In this document: one piece after another, positions 31,897-41,838 of the stretch
How the letters are laid out: every line of letters starts with the position of its first letter
How positions within the stretch are numbered: position 1 is the stretch's first letter
Origin: an uncultured virus (IMG/VR IMGVR_UViG_2846068587_000001)
Taxonomy: Duplodnaviria > Heunggongvirae > Uroviricota > Caudoviricetes
DNA length: 64,000 nucleotides
IMG/VR virus record: IMGVR_UViG_2846068587_000001
Direction: 5' to 3' (one strand)
Position numbers and translations under genes: made by a program
Notes under the pieces: generated by a model
Told to the model about the DNA's origin: nothing
The model's input: the letters and a program-made list of their open reading frames with translations, nothing else
The model's database searches: none

Positions 31897-32127
31897 ATGG
31901 GTACTATGGATGTTAAAGCGATCTTGCATGGGAGTATAAAAATTATTATATGGTGCATATCGCTTATCATTGCTGTGGCAATCATGTCGCTATCTTATAT
32001 ATATGCTCCCATTCTCCGGGCGGATTCATATTCTTATAGATGCGGTTTTTTAGATAATGGCTATAGGGTGGATGCTAAAAGTTGCCGTTATTTAGAGTGG
32101 TATATTAAGAAGGAGAGTTCGCGCTAA
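31897..32127 (+). CDS. Single-TM moron protein (paralog of 28809-29063)
   Basis: Shared motif with the paralog. Confidence 0.65.
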   Translation: MGTMDVKAILHGSIKIIIWCISLIIAVAIMSLSYIYAPILRADSYSYRCGFLDNGYRVDAKSCRYLEWYIKKESSR

Positions 32128-32175
32128 CATTGGTCGTAATAATATATCAATCCTATAAAAGCAATGGGTTGTGTT

Positions 32176-32751
32176 ATGGATATAGGAATTCTTGTTACCA
32201 TAGTAATATTTGTATTGATTATTTATATCACCAGAGATAAAACATCTGTATCTGATAAGGCAGCAATCAGAGAAAACAGAGAATACAATTCTCAAAATAA
32301 TACAACTGAGAGTCGCAATTGGTTTTTGAATATGTTGTGGCCAAAGTTGTCAGATCTGGATTCTTCTAACCATGCCGCTGATATTGGATATTTTGCCGCG
32401 ATGATAATCGCAGTTATTTCTGTGGTGTTATCGACTATAGCATTCATCATGTCGTTTGATCGGTTAATTTTAGAGCTAGTCTCGGTGTGGGTGTTTTTTG
32501 TTGTTGGGTATGGTTATGTGAAAGCCGCTGTGTTTTTCTTGATTGCGTGGAGAATTAAAAAATACTCTAGAGTTTTTTCCATTATAGGACTGGCATTGCA
32601 TGTTATTGATGTGCCTGATAGTAATATCTATTTGGGTATATATCTATTTACGTTATTTATGTTTATATCAGGTGTGCGAGGGGTGTTTGCATATCATAAC
32701 TTTAGTAAGTTTTATCCTGCTCGAACTATTACCCAAAAGCCTATAAAATAA
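32176..32751 (+). CDS. Multi-TM moron protein sharing its N-terminus with 29087-29743
   Basis: MDI.ILV..IFVLI.YITRDKT.VSDK followed by about four hydrophobic helices. Confidence 0.65.
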   Translation: MDIGILVTIVIFVLIIYITRDKTSVSDKAAIRENREYNSQNNTTESRNWFLNMLWPKLSDLDSSNHAADIGYFAAMIIAVISVVLSTIAFIMSFDRLILELVSVWVFFVVGYGYVKAAVFFLIAWRIKKYSRVFSIIGLALHVIDVPDSNIYLGIYLFTLFMFISGVRGVFAYHNFSKFYPARTITQKPIK

Positions 32752-32779
32752 CCAGACTCTCCCATGGAGGATCTGGTTT

Positions 32780-33598
32780 ATGCCTATCGCCATCGAACAA
32801 CTGATCAAGATGTTTGACCCGCGCAGCGTCAGCGCAGAATGCCTGCACCTGATCCGGGCGGTGCCGGGGATCACCCGGGAGCAAATCCTGGGCGCGTTTG
32901 CAGCGGTGGCACAGCGCCATCCGCTCGGCTTCGATTTGCTGCTGGCCCGCTACCGGGAAGATCGTCAGGCCGAACAGCGTGCGCGGCGGGCTGCCGCTGA
33001 CCGGGTGCGCCGGAGCCCACATCCCCTTTATGGCACTGCCGTTTGCCAGTTGGCCGTCACCGTGGCACTGGGGCGGACATTGCCCGCCCAGCAGGTGGTA
33101 TTGGCGGCGCTGCTGCGTAAACACGGCCCCCGGGCAACGCTGGCAGCCAAGCAGCTGGCCGATATTCAGCGTCAGCAAAAGGGACTGGAGAAAGCCCGGG
33201 TAATGCTGAGTGAGGGTGACTGGCGCTACCAGCGTAATCTGGCGCAGCACGATGCGCTGGCGGGCCGTTCTGTGGCTCTCCGCCGGGCGCTAGCCGATTG
33301 GGCCGATGCAGAGGCGGCTCGCTCACCCCATTGCCCACGCTGCCGTGGCAGCGGCCAGCTATTACGCCCGCAGCCCCATTGCTGTGATACCTGTAGCGGC
33401 CGAGGAAAAATCAGTGTGACCGCTGAGCATTTCCGGCGTTCGCTAGCGGATGAGGGCATAGTGATAATGCCTGAGCGCTGGCGAGCAGAGTACCAGCCAT
33501 GGGTGAATGATACGCTTAGCCGGTTATATCAGGAGATGCAGCTGGCCGGCGATGCCTTGTCGATACGGTTAACGTTGGAGGGGCAGGCGGTTGCATGA
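32780..33598 (+). CDS. Late antiterminator, Q-like with Zn finger
   Basis: CPRCRGSG...CDTCSGRG; directly upstream of a pR'-like promoter and the holin. Confidence 0.7.
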   Translation: MPIAIEQLIKMFDPRSVSAECLHLIRAVPGITREQILGAFAAVAQRHPLGFDLLLARYREDRQAEQRARRAAADRVRRSPHPLYGTAVCQLAVTVALGRTLPAQQVVLAALLRKHGPRATLAAKQLADIQRQQKGLEKARVMLSEGDWRYQRNLAQHDALAGRSVALRRALADWADAEAARSPHCPRCRGSGQLLRPQPHCCDTCSGRGKISVTAEHFRRSLADEGIVIMPERWRAEYQPWVNDTLSRLYQEMQLAGDALSIRLTLEGQAVA

Positions 33599-33603
33599 AG
33601 AGA

Positions 33604-33700
33604 TTGCCAATGGCTAATAAGTGAGCTAAATTCGGAAAGATGACCAAGCTATGTTTATAGCCAATTATTCATAAAAGCCTCGCTTGATGCGGGGCTTTTT
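33604..33700 (+). promoter_or_regulatory. Late promoter pR' plus tR' terminator
   Basis: TTGCCA-N17-TAAATT; hairpin AAAAGCCTCGC/GCGGGGCTTTTT. Confidence 0.7.
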
Positions 33701-33767
33701 CGTTCTACAGACCCTGGCGAATGCCGGGGTTTTTTTTATCCAAATTTCCCCAGCGCGGGGTAATGAG

Positions 33768-34115
33768 ATGGCACATATGCACCATAACCCAGGAAGTTGG
33801 TTGGAGTGGAAGGAGTTGCTGTGGGGCTGGTGGCAAGGGGAGACCCCGGTAGGCGGCGTATTACTGGCCATTCTGACGGCGGCTGTCCGGGTGACCTACC
33901 TGGGCGGCGGCTGGAAGCAAACGGCGTTAGAGGGAGTGTTATGTGGTGCCCTGACGCTGACCGTGGTGGCGACGCTGGACTATTTTAACCTCCCCAAGTC
34001 GCTGACCCCGGCGATCGGCGGTGCGATTGGTTTTATCGGTGTGCAGCAGGTACAGCATTTTGCCTTGTACATCTTGCACCGCAAGCTGGGACTACCGACA
34101 GACAAGGAGCGGTAA
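33768..34115 (+). CDS. Lambda-family holin (possible dual start M1/M4)
   Basis: Three TM segments, IGGAIGFIG motif, upstream of the endolysin. Confidence 0.85.
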   Translation: MAHMHHNPGSWLEWKELLWGWWQGETPVGGVLLAILTAAVRVTYLGGGWKQTALEGVLCGALTLTVVATLDYFNLPKSLTPAIGGAIGFIGVQQVQHFALYILHRKLGLPTDKER

Positions 34116-34117
34116 TT

Positions 34118-34669
34118 ATGGCACTCACCAAGGATCAAATTTTTGATGCCTTACTGGGGCGTGAAGGGGGGTACGTCGATCACCCTCACGACAAGGGTGG
34201 GCCGACCAAGTGGGGGATCACGGAAAAAGTCGCTCGGGCCCACGGCTATACCGGCGATATGCGCAATTTAACGCGGGCGCAGGCGCTGAAAATCTATGAA
34301 AGCGACTACTGGTCGGGACCCCGTTTTGACCAGGTGGCGGAGTATTCCGCGCTGGTGGCTGCCGAACTGTGCGATACCGGCGTCAACATGGGGCCGTCGG
34401 TGCCCAGTAAGTGGCTACAGCGCTGGCTGACCGCCTTTAACGATGGCGAACGCTTGTATCCAGATATCAGTGCCGATGGGGTGATTGGGCCACGGACATT
34501 GTCGGCGCTGCGTACCTACCTGGATGCCCGAGGAGAAGAGGGTGAGCAGGTGCTGTTACGGGCGCTCAATTGTAGCCAGGGTGATCGTTATCTGAATTTG
34601 GCCGAGCAGCGGGTGCAGAACGAGTCGTTTCTGTATGGCTGGGTTCGGGAGCGGGTGACGCTGTCTTAA
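34118..34669 (+). CDS. Endolysin, glycoside hydrolase family 108
   Basis: EGGYVDHPHDKGGPTKWGIT; DGVIGPRT; FLYGW. Confidence 0.9.
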   Translation: MALTKDQIFDALLGREGGYVDHPHDKGGPTKWGITEKVARAHGYTGDMRNLTRAQALKIYESDYWSGPRFDQVAEYSALVAAELCDTGVNMGPSVPSKWLQRWLTAFNDGERLYPDISADGVIGPRTLSALRTYLDARGEEGEQVLLRALNCSQGDRYLNLAEQRVQNESFLYGWVRERVTLS

Positions 34670-34849
34670 CCATCTCTGAAATATATCCAAGAGCCTCGGC
34701 TATGCCGGGGCTGTTTTATATCTGCGTATCGCAACGCATATCACCAAGAGCCTTTCAGGATGAACCTTGAGGAGCCGGCTGGCTGTCGGAGCCTTCTTGG
34801 GGCCGTCTTCCTGTGCGAACAAGGTTCATCACTAAAAGGTAAAGCCGAT

Positions 34850-35632
34850 ATGAACACCTCTGTAGCGTCTTCTTATACCGATGCATCAAGTAATCATCAT
34901 GTCGTTAATGAGTTCGCTGACATTGTTCCTGTTATCAGCGGCCGGATCGGTGAGCGTGAAACCAATATTGTTAGTGCCAGAGCACTGCATGGTGCTTTGG
35001 GGGTTGGTCGAGACTTCACCAACTGGATTAAAGGGCGGGTTAGCCAGTATGGCTTCGTGGTCGGAGTTGACTACATCGCTGTTGAAAATTTGAGCTCACC
35101 AAAACGGGCGAGCGCAAAATCTCGCCAACAAATAGAGCATGATTACTTGTTGACGCTGAATACAGCCAAAGAGCTGGCAATGGTCGAGCGTAGCGAACAA
35201 GGTCGCGCTATTCGTCGTTACTTTATCCAGTGTGAAGAGGCGTTACAGCTTACCGCTCCAGAAGTCGCCGCGCGTTATCGTCGCAAGTTAAAGGCTCGTA
35301 TCGGAGTGGCAAACCTGTTTAAGCCGATGTGCTCTGCGTTGGAATCGGTAAGGGCGGAACAGGGCAAGGTGACGCAGTCTCACCACTACAGCAATGAAAG
35401 TAACATGATCTCCCGCATCGTCCTGGGAGGTCTTACTGCGAAACAATGGGCAGGCATGAATGGCGTAGTGGGGGATCCTCGCGATTCGATGAATGCCGAG
35501 CAGTTAGAGCATCTGTCTTATCTGGAAAGTACCAATATCACTCTGCTGGATATGGGGATGGATTACCCGCAGCGGAAGGCTGAGTTGATCCGGCTGTCTC
35601 AGCGCTGGATGGCGCGGCGCCTGGGTTCGTGA
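34850..35632 (+). CDS. AntA/AntB-family antirepressor
   Basis: VSARALH..LGVGRDFTNWIK.R...Y.LTLNTAKELAMVE....GRAIRRYFI.CE. Confidence 0.85.
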   Translation: MNTSVASSYTDASSNHHVVNEFADIVPVISGRIGERETNIVSARALHGALGVGRDFTNWIKGRVSQYGFVVGVDYIAVENLSSPKRASAKSRQQIEHDYLLTLNTAKELAMVERSEQGRAIRRYFIQCEEALQLTAPEVAARYRRKLKARIGVANLFKPMCSALESVRAEQGKVTQSHHYSNESNMISRIVLGGLTAKQWAGMNGVVGDPRDSMNAEQLEHLSYLESTNITLLDMGMDYPQRKAELIRLSQRWMARRLGS

Positions 35633-35806
35633 CGGTTAGCAATAAAAACAACGAATTGGAGCATGTTAGGTTACGGTTTTTTTCACCAAGAGGTGCTCAT
35701 CTCATTGGTATGATGTCTCTTACATTAATGCGGATAGCAATTTAAAAGCTGAAGCGCACTCAGCCAAATTTTTGGCTGAGTATAAAGACAGGACCGGGCG
35801 CGACCT

Positions 35807-36349
35807 ATGTTAAGCAATATCTGGAAGCCACTGGCGATCATCTCGCTGGTGGCTTTGCTTTTATGGGGCCTCTCGACCTGGCGCTATGCGGCCGGTTACG
35901 CCGCTGGTAAGCGCCTGGCTGAGCAGGCGTGGCAGCTTAAGTGGGAGACGCGCAATCGGGATGAGGAGACCGCCAGGGCAAACCGGGAGCGGGGCGAGCG
36001 GGCTGAAGAACAACGTCGCTGGCAGGCCATGATTAAGGTGAAACAGAATGCGGATCAACAACTGGAACAGATTAAAGCCGATGCTGCTCGCTCTACCGCT
36101 GATGTTGAGCGCCTGCGGCGTACGCTTTCTCAATTGCGGCAGCAGTTGGCAGACCGTTCCCCCTGCCGAGTTTCCACCGCTGGTGGAGCCAGCCCGGCAA
36201 GCGCCGCTGCCGGATTTCTGTTTGCCGACGTGCTCGGCGAATCTCTCCAACGCAATGCAGCGTTGGCAGCCTATGCTGACCGGGCCCGAGCCGCCGGCCT
36301 GGCCTGTGAGCGGCTCTACGATGCCGTGACGCAGTCGCGGGCGCAGTGA
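35807..36349 (+). CDS. Rz-like inner-membrane spanin (DUF2514-like)
   Basis: N-terminal TM, coiled coil, YADRARAAGLACERLYD. Confidence 0.8.
   Translation: MLSNIWKPLAIISLVALLLWGLSTWRYAAGYAAGKRLAEQAWQLKWETRNRDEETARANRERGERAEEQRRWQAMIKVKQNADQQLEQIKADAARSTADVERLRRTLSQLRQQLADRSPCRVSTAGGASPASAAAGFLFADVLGESLQRNAALAAYADRARAAGLACERLYDAVTQSRAQ
36048..36329 (+). CDS. Embedded Rz1-like outer-membrane spanin lipoprotein
   Basis: Lipobox LSAC, Pro-rich, in the +1 frame within Rz. Confidence 0.7.
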   Translation: MRINNWNRLKPMLLALPLMLSACGVRFLNCGSSWQTVPPAEFPPLVEPARQAPLPDFCLPTCSANLSNAMQRWQPMLTGPEPPAWPVSGSTMP

Positions 36350-36424
36350 GGGTTGTGTTTTACGCGCATTTTGTGGCTGTGCTGAAAAAATGCTGACCGT
36401 GCGGTCATCGCTAGGATAACCATC

Positions 36425-37201
36425 ATGACAAAACCGGACTGGGCGGCGATTGCAGTGGCGTTCCAGAACGGTGAGCTCTCCCTGCGGGCTATCGGGGCTC
36501 AGTACTTCGTATCCGAAGGCGCCATTCGAAAAATGGCCAAAAAACATGGCTGGGTACGCGGTAAAAAAAACAGTACGCAAAAAGGTACGCAGGGAGGCAA
36601 AAAAGGTACGCAGAAAAAACAGAGGAAAAAATGCGTACCGATAAAAAGTGAGCCTAGACAGAGTCCTGTGACGCGGTACGCAGGCGTGCATCCCGCGATT
36701 TCTTCCGGAGAAAAACCAATTCGCGGCTCACGTCACGCGCCGCCCATCCGTCCTTTTCTGCCGCACAATACGGCGGCGGTGACTCATGGCGCCTATGCTC
36801 GCCGCATGCTGTGGCCTGATGACATTATGCAGGACGCGCAGTTGCTGCAACTGAACGACGAGTTATTGCTGTTGCGGGCGGCCAATTTGACGGCAGCGAC
36901 GAATATCGGACGCTGGATGACGCAGTTAGAGCAGGCTGAGCCGGAGCTGAGCCAGAACTTGCGCGACAATATCGGGGCGGCAGAGCGCGGTATTTTACGT
37001 AATACGGCGCGCATCGAATCGTTGGAGCGAACCTTACGGGTGAATGCTTTGAACGAGGCGACGACCGCCAAGCGTTGGGCGGAGACGCAGCGACTGACGG
37101 CGGAGAGCAGCGATGCCGATACGCCACTGCGGGAGGTGATTGAGCAGATCCAGGTGAGCCAGCGGGGAGGGCGACTGAATGCCGAGTCCGGCGATGAGTG
37201 A
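36425..37201 (+). CDS. Terminase small subunit
   Basis: PDW.AI...SLRAIGAQYFVSEGAIRK.AKK.GW HTH; precedes terL. Confidence 0.8.
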   Translation: MTKPDWAAIAVAFQNGELSLRAIGAQYFVSEGAIRKMAKKHGWVRGKKNSTQKGTQGGKKGTQKKQRKKCVPIKSEPRQSPVTRYAGVHPAISSGEKPIRGSRHAPPIRPFLPHNTAAVTHGAYARRMLWPDDIMQDAQLLQLNDELLLLRAANLTAATNIGRWMTQLEQAEPELSQNLRDNIGAAERGILRNTARIESLERTLRVNALNEATTAKRWAETQRLTAESSDADTPLREVIEQIQVSQRGGRLNAESGDE

Positions 37202-38855
37202 ACGGGAGCAGCAGGCGCTGGTCCACGGTTATCTGAGCGATCCTTGGTGGCGGTTGGATAACCTGTATCACGTCGTCAATGAGCAAGGGGTACTGGTGCC
37301 GTTTCGCATGCGGCCGGCTCAACGCCAGTTATTCCGGGAGATGCACGAAAAAAACCTGATCCTAAAAGCTCGCCAGCTGGGTTTTTCTACCGCTATCGAT
37401 CTGTACCTGTTGGATCAGGCGTTATTCAGTAAAAATGTAAAGTGCGGCATTGTCGCCCAGGATAAACAGGCGGCGGCAGAAATTTTTCGCACCAAAATCG
37501 AGGTGCCCTTCGATCATCTGCCTGGGTGGCTGGCGGGCTGTTTCCACGCGGTAAAGCGCCACGGTGGCGCATCTGGTGGGTACATCGAATTCGCGCACGG
37601 CTCCAATATCATGGTGGCAACCTCTTTTCGTTCGGGCACGGTACAGCGGCTGCATATTTCTGAGCATGGAAAAATTTGCGCCAAATATCCGGCCAAGGCG
37701 AAAGAGGTGCGCACCGGGACGCTGAACGCGGTGGCCGATGGCAGCATTGTATTTATCGAGTCCACGGCGGAGGGGGTAGGCGGCGATTTTTATACGATGA
37801 GCCAGCGGGCGCAGGAGATGGCGCAAAGCGGTTTAGCGCTCTCGCCCCAAGACTATAAATTCCATTTTTATGCCTGGTGGCAAGATCCCAAGTATACCGC
37901 ACAGCTCCCGCCGGAGGGATTGCGGCTTAGCCGCCATCATCAGGCGTATTTCGCCGCGGTGGAGCAGGTCGCGCAGATCACCTTAAGCGATCAGCAAAAA
38001 TGGTGGTATGTGCGCAAGGAGATCGAGCAGCAGGAGGAGATGAAGCAGGAGTTTCCCTCCACACCGAGCGAAGCCTTTTTAACCTCGGGGCGTCGGGTCT
38101 TCTCGTCGGCATCGATGTTACGGGCTGAGGGGCGGTGCGTTACGCCGCAGCTGGTGTATGACGTCGATCCGGTGACGGGGAGTAAAAATAAAGCCCAATC
38201 GTTGCGCCGGGGTGAGCGGGATGTCGTACAGCGCCAGTTGCTCAACCATTTGCTGGTGTGGGAGTTGCCGGATGCCGATGAGCAGTACGCCATCGGCGCC
38301 GATGTGGCGGAGGGATTGGAGCAGCGTGACCGTAGCAGCCTGGATGTGGTGAAACAAAGTAACGGTGAGCAGGTGGCGCACTGGGTGGGCTATTTGGACG
38401 CCGAGCTTTTTGCCCAGTTGCTGGATAAAGTTGGCCGGCAGTACGGCATGGCTTATATCGGCGTAGAGCGTAATAACCACGGCCATGCGGTATTACAGAA
38501 ACTGCGGGCGCTGTATCCGCTGCGTTATCTGTATAACGAACAATATCTCGACCACGATACCGATGAAACGACGCGGCGCTTAGGCTGGCTGACGACCCGC
38601 CAGAGTAAGCCGATCCTGATTGAGGGGCTGAAAACCCTGTTACGCAATGATGTGGATGGGATCCGCTGGATTGGCAGTGTGAGTGAGATGAATACCTACG
38701 TTTATGACAAAAACGGCGCGATGGGGGCGCAGGCGGGCTGCTATGACGATCAGGTCATGAGCTATGCCCTGGCCCAGGAGATGCGCGCCCGGATGCCGGT
38801 ACGCCGCCAGCCGGAGCCCATCAAGCATCAGACCGTCCACTGGATGACACGATGA
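37179..38855 (+). CDS. Terminase large subunit
   Basis: ILKARQLGFST, LHISE, IESTAEG, GADVAEG, YDDQVMS. Confidence 0.95.
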   Translation: MPSPAMSEREQQALVHGYLSDPWWRLDNLYHVVNEQGVLVPFRMRPAQRQLFREMHEKNLILKARQLGFSTAIDLYLLDQALFSKNVKCGIVAQDKQAAAEIFRTKIEVPFDHLPGWLAGCFHAVKRHGGASGGYIEFAHGSNIMVATSFRSGTVQRLHISEHGKICAKYPAKAKEVRTGTLNAVADGSIVFIESTAEGVGGDFYTMSQRAQEMAQSGLALSPQDYKFHFYAWWQDPKYTAQLPPEGLRLSRHHQAYFAAVEQVAQITLSDQQKWWYVRKEIEQQEEMKQEFPSTPSEAFLTSGRRVFSSASMLRAEGRCVTPQLVYDVDPVTGSKNKAQSLRRGERDVVQRQLLNHLLVWELPDADEQYAIGADVAEGLEQRDRSSLDVVKQSNGEQVAHWVGYLDAELFAQLLDKVGRQYGMAYIGVERNNHGHAVLQKLRALYPLRYLYNEQYLDHDTDETTRRLGWLTTRQSKPILIEGLKTLLRNDVDGIRWIGSVSEMNTYVYDKNGAMGAQAGCYDDQVMSYALAQEMRARMPVRRQPEPIKHQTVHWMTR

Positions 38856-40966
38856 CCGATTCCTTTTCCTCCATCGAGACGCCGACGGCGCCCGAGCGAC
38901 AGGGGCAGTTTACCTTAGAACAACTGCTGGCTATTACGGCCGATATCCACCATCAACCCGACTGGCGTTCGGCGGCGAATAAGGCTTGTGCCTACTATGA
39001 TGGCGAACAGCTATCGCCGGAGCTGATTGCCACGTTGCAGGAGCGCAGTCAGCCGTTGACCATGCATAATCTGATCGCGCCGACGGTGGATGGCGTGCTG
39101 GGCATGGAGGCCAAAACCCGCACCGAGTTGATGGTGGTGGCCGATGATCCGCAGCCGGAGTTTGAGGCATTGGCCGAGGCGGTAAATGCCGAGTTCGCCG
39201 ACGCCTGTCGCCTGGCCAATCTGGGCAAGGCGCGCAGCGATGCCTACGCCGGGATGCTGAAAGCGGGCTTGGAGTGGGTGGAGGTTAGACGCAACGACAA
39301 TGCCTTTGGGCCACGTTATAAGGCGGGCACGGTACACCGCAACGAGGTGTATTGGGACTGGCATAGTCGGCAGCCGGATCTGAGCGACTGCCGTTGGCTG
39401 CTGCGCCGCCGCTGGATGGATTTGGATGAGGCGCTGGCGGCGTTTCCGGCTAAGGCGGCGGTACTCCAAAATGCCCGGATGGAGTGGCGCGGCTTTATCG
39501 ATACCGAGTTGGCCGATGGGTTGGATGCCGATCTGGTCGCGGCCTATGAGGAGTATCAACAGTACAGCCGTAAAGATCTGGAGTGGTTGAGCAGTGATCG
39601 CCAGCGCGTGTTGTTACAGGTGGTCTATTACCGCACCTGGCTGCGGGTGCCGGTTATTCCGCTCGCGAATGGGCGGCTGATCGCCTACCAGGACACGAAT
39701 CCGTTGCATACGGCTGCCTTGGCTTCGGGGCGCATACAGATACGGATGGCGCGCACCAGTCGCATTCGGGAAGCCTGGTTCGCGGGGCCTCATCAGTTGG
39801 TGGACAGAGCCTGTACGGCACCGCAGGGGATGTTTCCGTTGATCCCGTTCTGGGGTTATCGCAAAGATCGTAACGGTGCGCCTTATGGCTTGGTCTCGCG
39901 GGCGATACCGGCGCAGGATGAAGTGAATTTCCGACGGATTAAGCTGACGTTTTTACTGACCGCAAAACGGGTCATCATGGATCATGATGCGGTGAACATG
40001 AGTCGGCAGCAGGTGCTTGAAGAGGTTGAACGACCAGATGGACTGATTATTCTGAACCCGGATCGGCTGAATAAGAGCACCATCGCTCAGTCATTGGAGG
40101 TGCAGCAAGATTTCCAGGTGGCGGAGCAGCAGTTCCAGGTGATGCAGGAGTCGATGAAGCTGATCCAGGATGGCATGGGCGTCTATTCGGCCTTTTTAGG
40201 GCAGAATTCTAACGCCACCTCCGGCGTCGCTATCAGCAATCTGGTTGAGCAGGGGGCAACCACCCTGGCGGAGTTGAATGACAACTATCAGTTTGCCTGC
40301 CAGCAGGTGGGGCAGCTGCTGTTGGGGTATCTGCTGGAGGATTTGGCGCAGGTGCGTAATCACACCATCGTGGTGAATCGGGACGATGCGCGTCGGCGAA
40401 AAAATGTGGTGGTGAACGAGGAGGGCGAGGGCGGCATGAATAATGATATCTCCCGCCTGCGCGCTCACATTGCGCTAGCGCCGATCCAGCAGACGCCCGC
40501 TTACCGCTCTCAGTTGGCGGAGCGGTTGGGTCAGGTGGTCGCCGGTCTACCACCGCAGGTGCAGGCCGCAGTATTGGATCTGTGGATTTCGTTGCTGGAT
40601 ATTCCCAATAAGACGGAGTTTATCGAGCGGATCCGCCAGGCGGTCGGCATGCCCAAGGCGGCCGACGAGATGACGCCAGAGGAGCAGGCTTCTGCCGAGC
40701 AACAGCAGCAACTCGAACAGCAACAGTTGGCGTTAGCGATGCGCGAGCTGGCCGCCAAAGTGGGTAAATTGGAGGCTGAAGCCCAGCGCGCGGCGGCCGC
40801 GGCCCAGCGAGAGCAGGCACAGGCCGAGGGGCAGCGTTTTCATGATATGAAGACGCAGGCAGAAACTGGGCAGATTTTGCAGGGGATGCAACAGGACGCG
40901 CAGGTCGCTCGCCAGCAACTGCTGACGTTGATCGAGCAACAGATCGCGGCGTTACCATTGCATTAG
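38852..40966 (+). CDS. Portal protein
   Basis: YYDGEQL...NLIAPTVDGVLG.E; long helical C-terminus; follows terL. Confidence 0.9.
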   Translation: MTDSFSSIETPTAPERQGQFTLEQLLAITADIHHQPDWRSAANKACAYYDGEQLSPELIATLQERSQPLTMHNLIAPTVDGVLGMEAKTRTELMVVADDPQPEFEALAEAVNAEFADACRLANLGKARSDAYAGMLKAGLEWVEVRRNDNAFGPRYKAGTVHRNEVYWDWHSRQPDLSDCRWLLRRRWMDLDEALAAFPAKAAVLQNARMEWRGFIDTELADGLDADLVAAYEEYQQYSRKDLEWLSSDRQRVLLQVVYYRTWLRVPVIPLANGRLIAYQDTNPLHTAALASGRIQIRMARTSRIREAWFAGPHQLVDRACTAPQGMFPLIPFWGYRKDRNGAPYGLVSRAIPAQDEVNFRRIKLTFLLTAKRVIMDHDAVNMSRQQVLEEVERPDGLIILNPDRLNKSTIAQSLEVQQDFQVAEQQFQVMQESMKLIQDGMGVYSAFLGQNSNATSGVAISNLVEQGATTLAELNDNYQFACQQVGQLLLGYLLEDLAQVRNHTIVVNRDDARRRKNVVVNEEGEGGMNNDISRLRAHIALAPIQQTPAYRSQLAERLGQVVAGLPPQVQAAVLDLWISLLDIPNKTEFIERIRQAVGMPKAADEMTPEEQASAEQQQQLEQQQLALAMRELAAKVGKLEAEAQRAAAAAQREQAQAEGQRFHDMKTQAETGQILQGMQQDAQVARQQLLTLIEQQIAALPLH

Positions 40967-41027
40967 ACTAAAAAGTGAGCTAATTTGCGAACGATGACCA
41001 GCCTCGCACTTTTTGCGGGGCTGTTTG
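40958..41027 (+). promoter_or_regulatory. Second pR'-like late promoter plus terminator
   Basis: TTGCAT-N17-TAATTT sharing AAGTGAGCTAA and GATGACCA with 33604-33646. Confidence 0.65.
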
Positions 41028-41037
41028 CTTTTGGGGG

Positions 41038-41319
41038 CTAACGGCTGTCTGCCGTCTGGTATACCTCGTTATCGGCCCGTTTGCCGATAGCGATCACCAG
41101 TAGGATGATTTCGTTATCGTTGACTTCATAGACGAGCCGGTAACCGGAAGCGCGTAATTTTATTTTATAACGGTTCGCGCGCCCACTTAAGCGTGCTGCT
41201 GGAACATGCGGGTTTTCCAGGCGTTCGATCAGTTTCTTTTTCAACTGGCTTTGAATCGGCGGTGCCAGCCTTTTCCACTCTTTCAGGGCACGTTTTTCAA
41301 AGCTCAGTTTATAGGTCAT
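41038..41319 (-). CDS. RelE/StbE-family toxin
   Basis: ALKEWKRL...YKIKLRASGYRLVYEV...VIAIGKR. Confidence 0.9.
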   Translation of the reverse strand: MTYKLSFEKRALKEWKRLAPPIQSQLKKKLIERLENPHVPAARLSGRANRYKIKLRASGYRLVYEVNDNEIILLVIAIGKRADNEVYQTADSR

Positions 41320-41560
41320 CGATACTTACGCTGACAAACTCAGCGTCCTCCAGACGCTCATCGGCGATACGATTAAGCGCCGCATCTTCAGCCAGTTCCA
41401 GATAGTAAGCGTAGAGTTCCGGTGGCACGCAGTAAAAGGCCGGCTCATTGCGGTTTAATATTGCTACGGCATTGCCGTCACCCTCCGCAATGGTGCCCAT
41501 CGGATTACGTTTCAGATCGGTAATGCTGGCGGCGGTGGTCGTGAGAATTTGGTATGCCAT
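41309..41560 (-). CDS. StbD/Phd-YefM-family antitoxin
   Basis: ASITDLKRNP...VAILNRNEPAFYCVP; overlaps the toxin start. Confidence 0.9.
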   Translation of the reverse strand: MAYQILTTTAASITDLKRNPMGTIAEGDGNAVAILNRNEPAFYCVPPELYAYYLELAEDAALNRIADERLEDAEFVSVSIDDL

Positions 41561-41838
41561 AGGCTTTCTCCTTGTGTAATAGCTACACTATAGCGCCTTT
41601 ATAGACGCCTTTAAAGGTGCTTTTAAGCATGCTGTTTGTATGCCTGGCCATCATCGTGCTCAGGGGATGAGTTCATGTTCCCTGCTGATAAACCATCATG
41701 TTAAGCATCACCTTGCAAAATAATGCATTGCACACGCCGCAAAGGGCTCTGTTATCGCAGAGCCCTTTTTCGCATGGGCAGCGACACGCCTTTTTCTGTT
41801 GCGGATCTATCCGATAAATAGGCAGGCAGGAGAGACAT

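Noticed and set aside
33700..33770. Toxin or tRNA cargo between Q and lysis genes as in Stx phages
   Set aside because: Only ~170 bp of promoter and terminators separate Q from the holin
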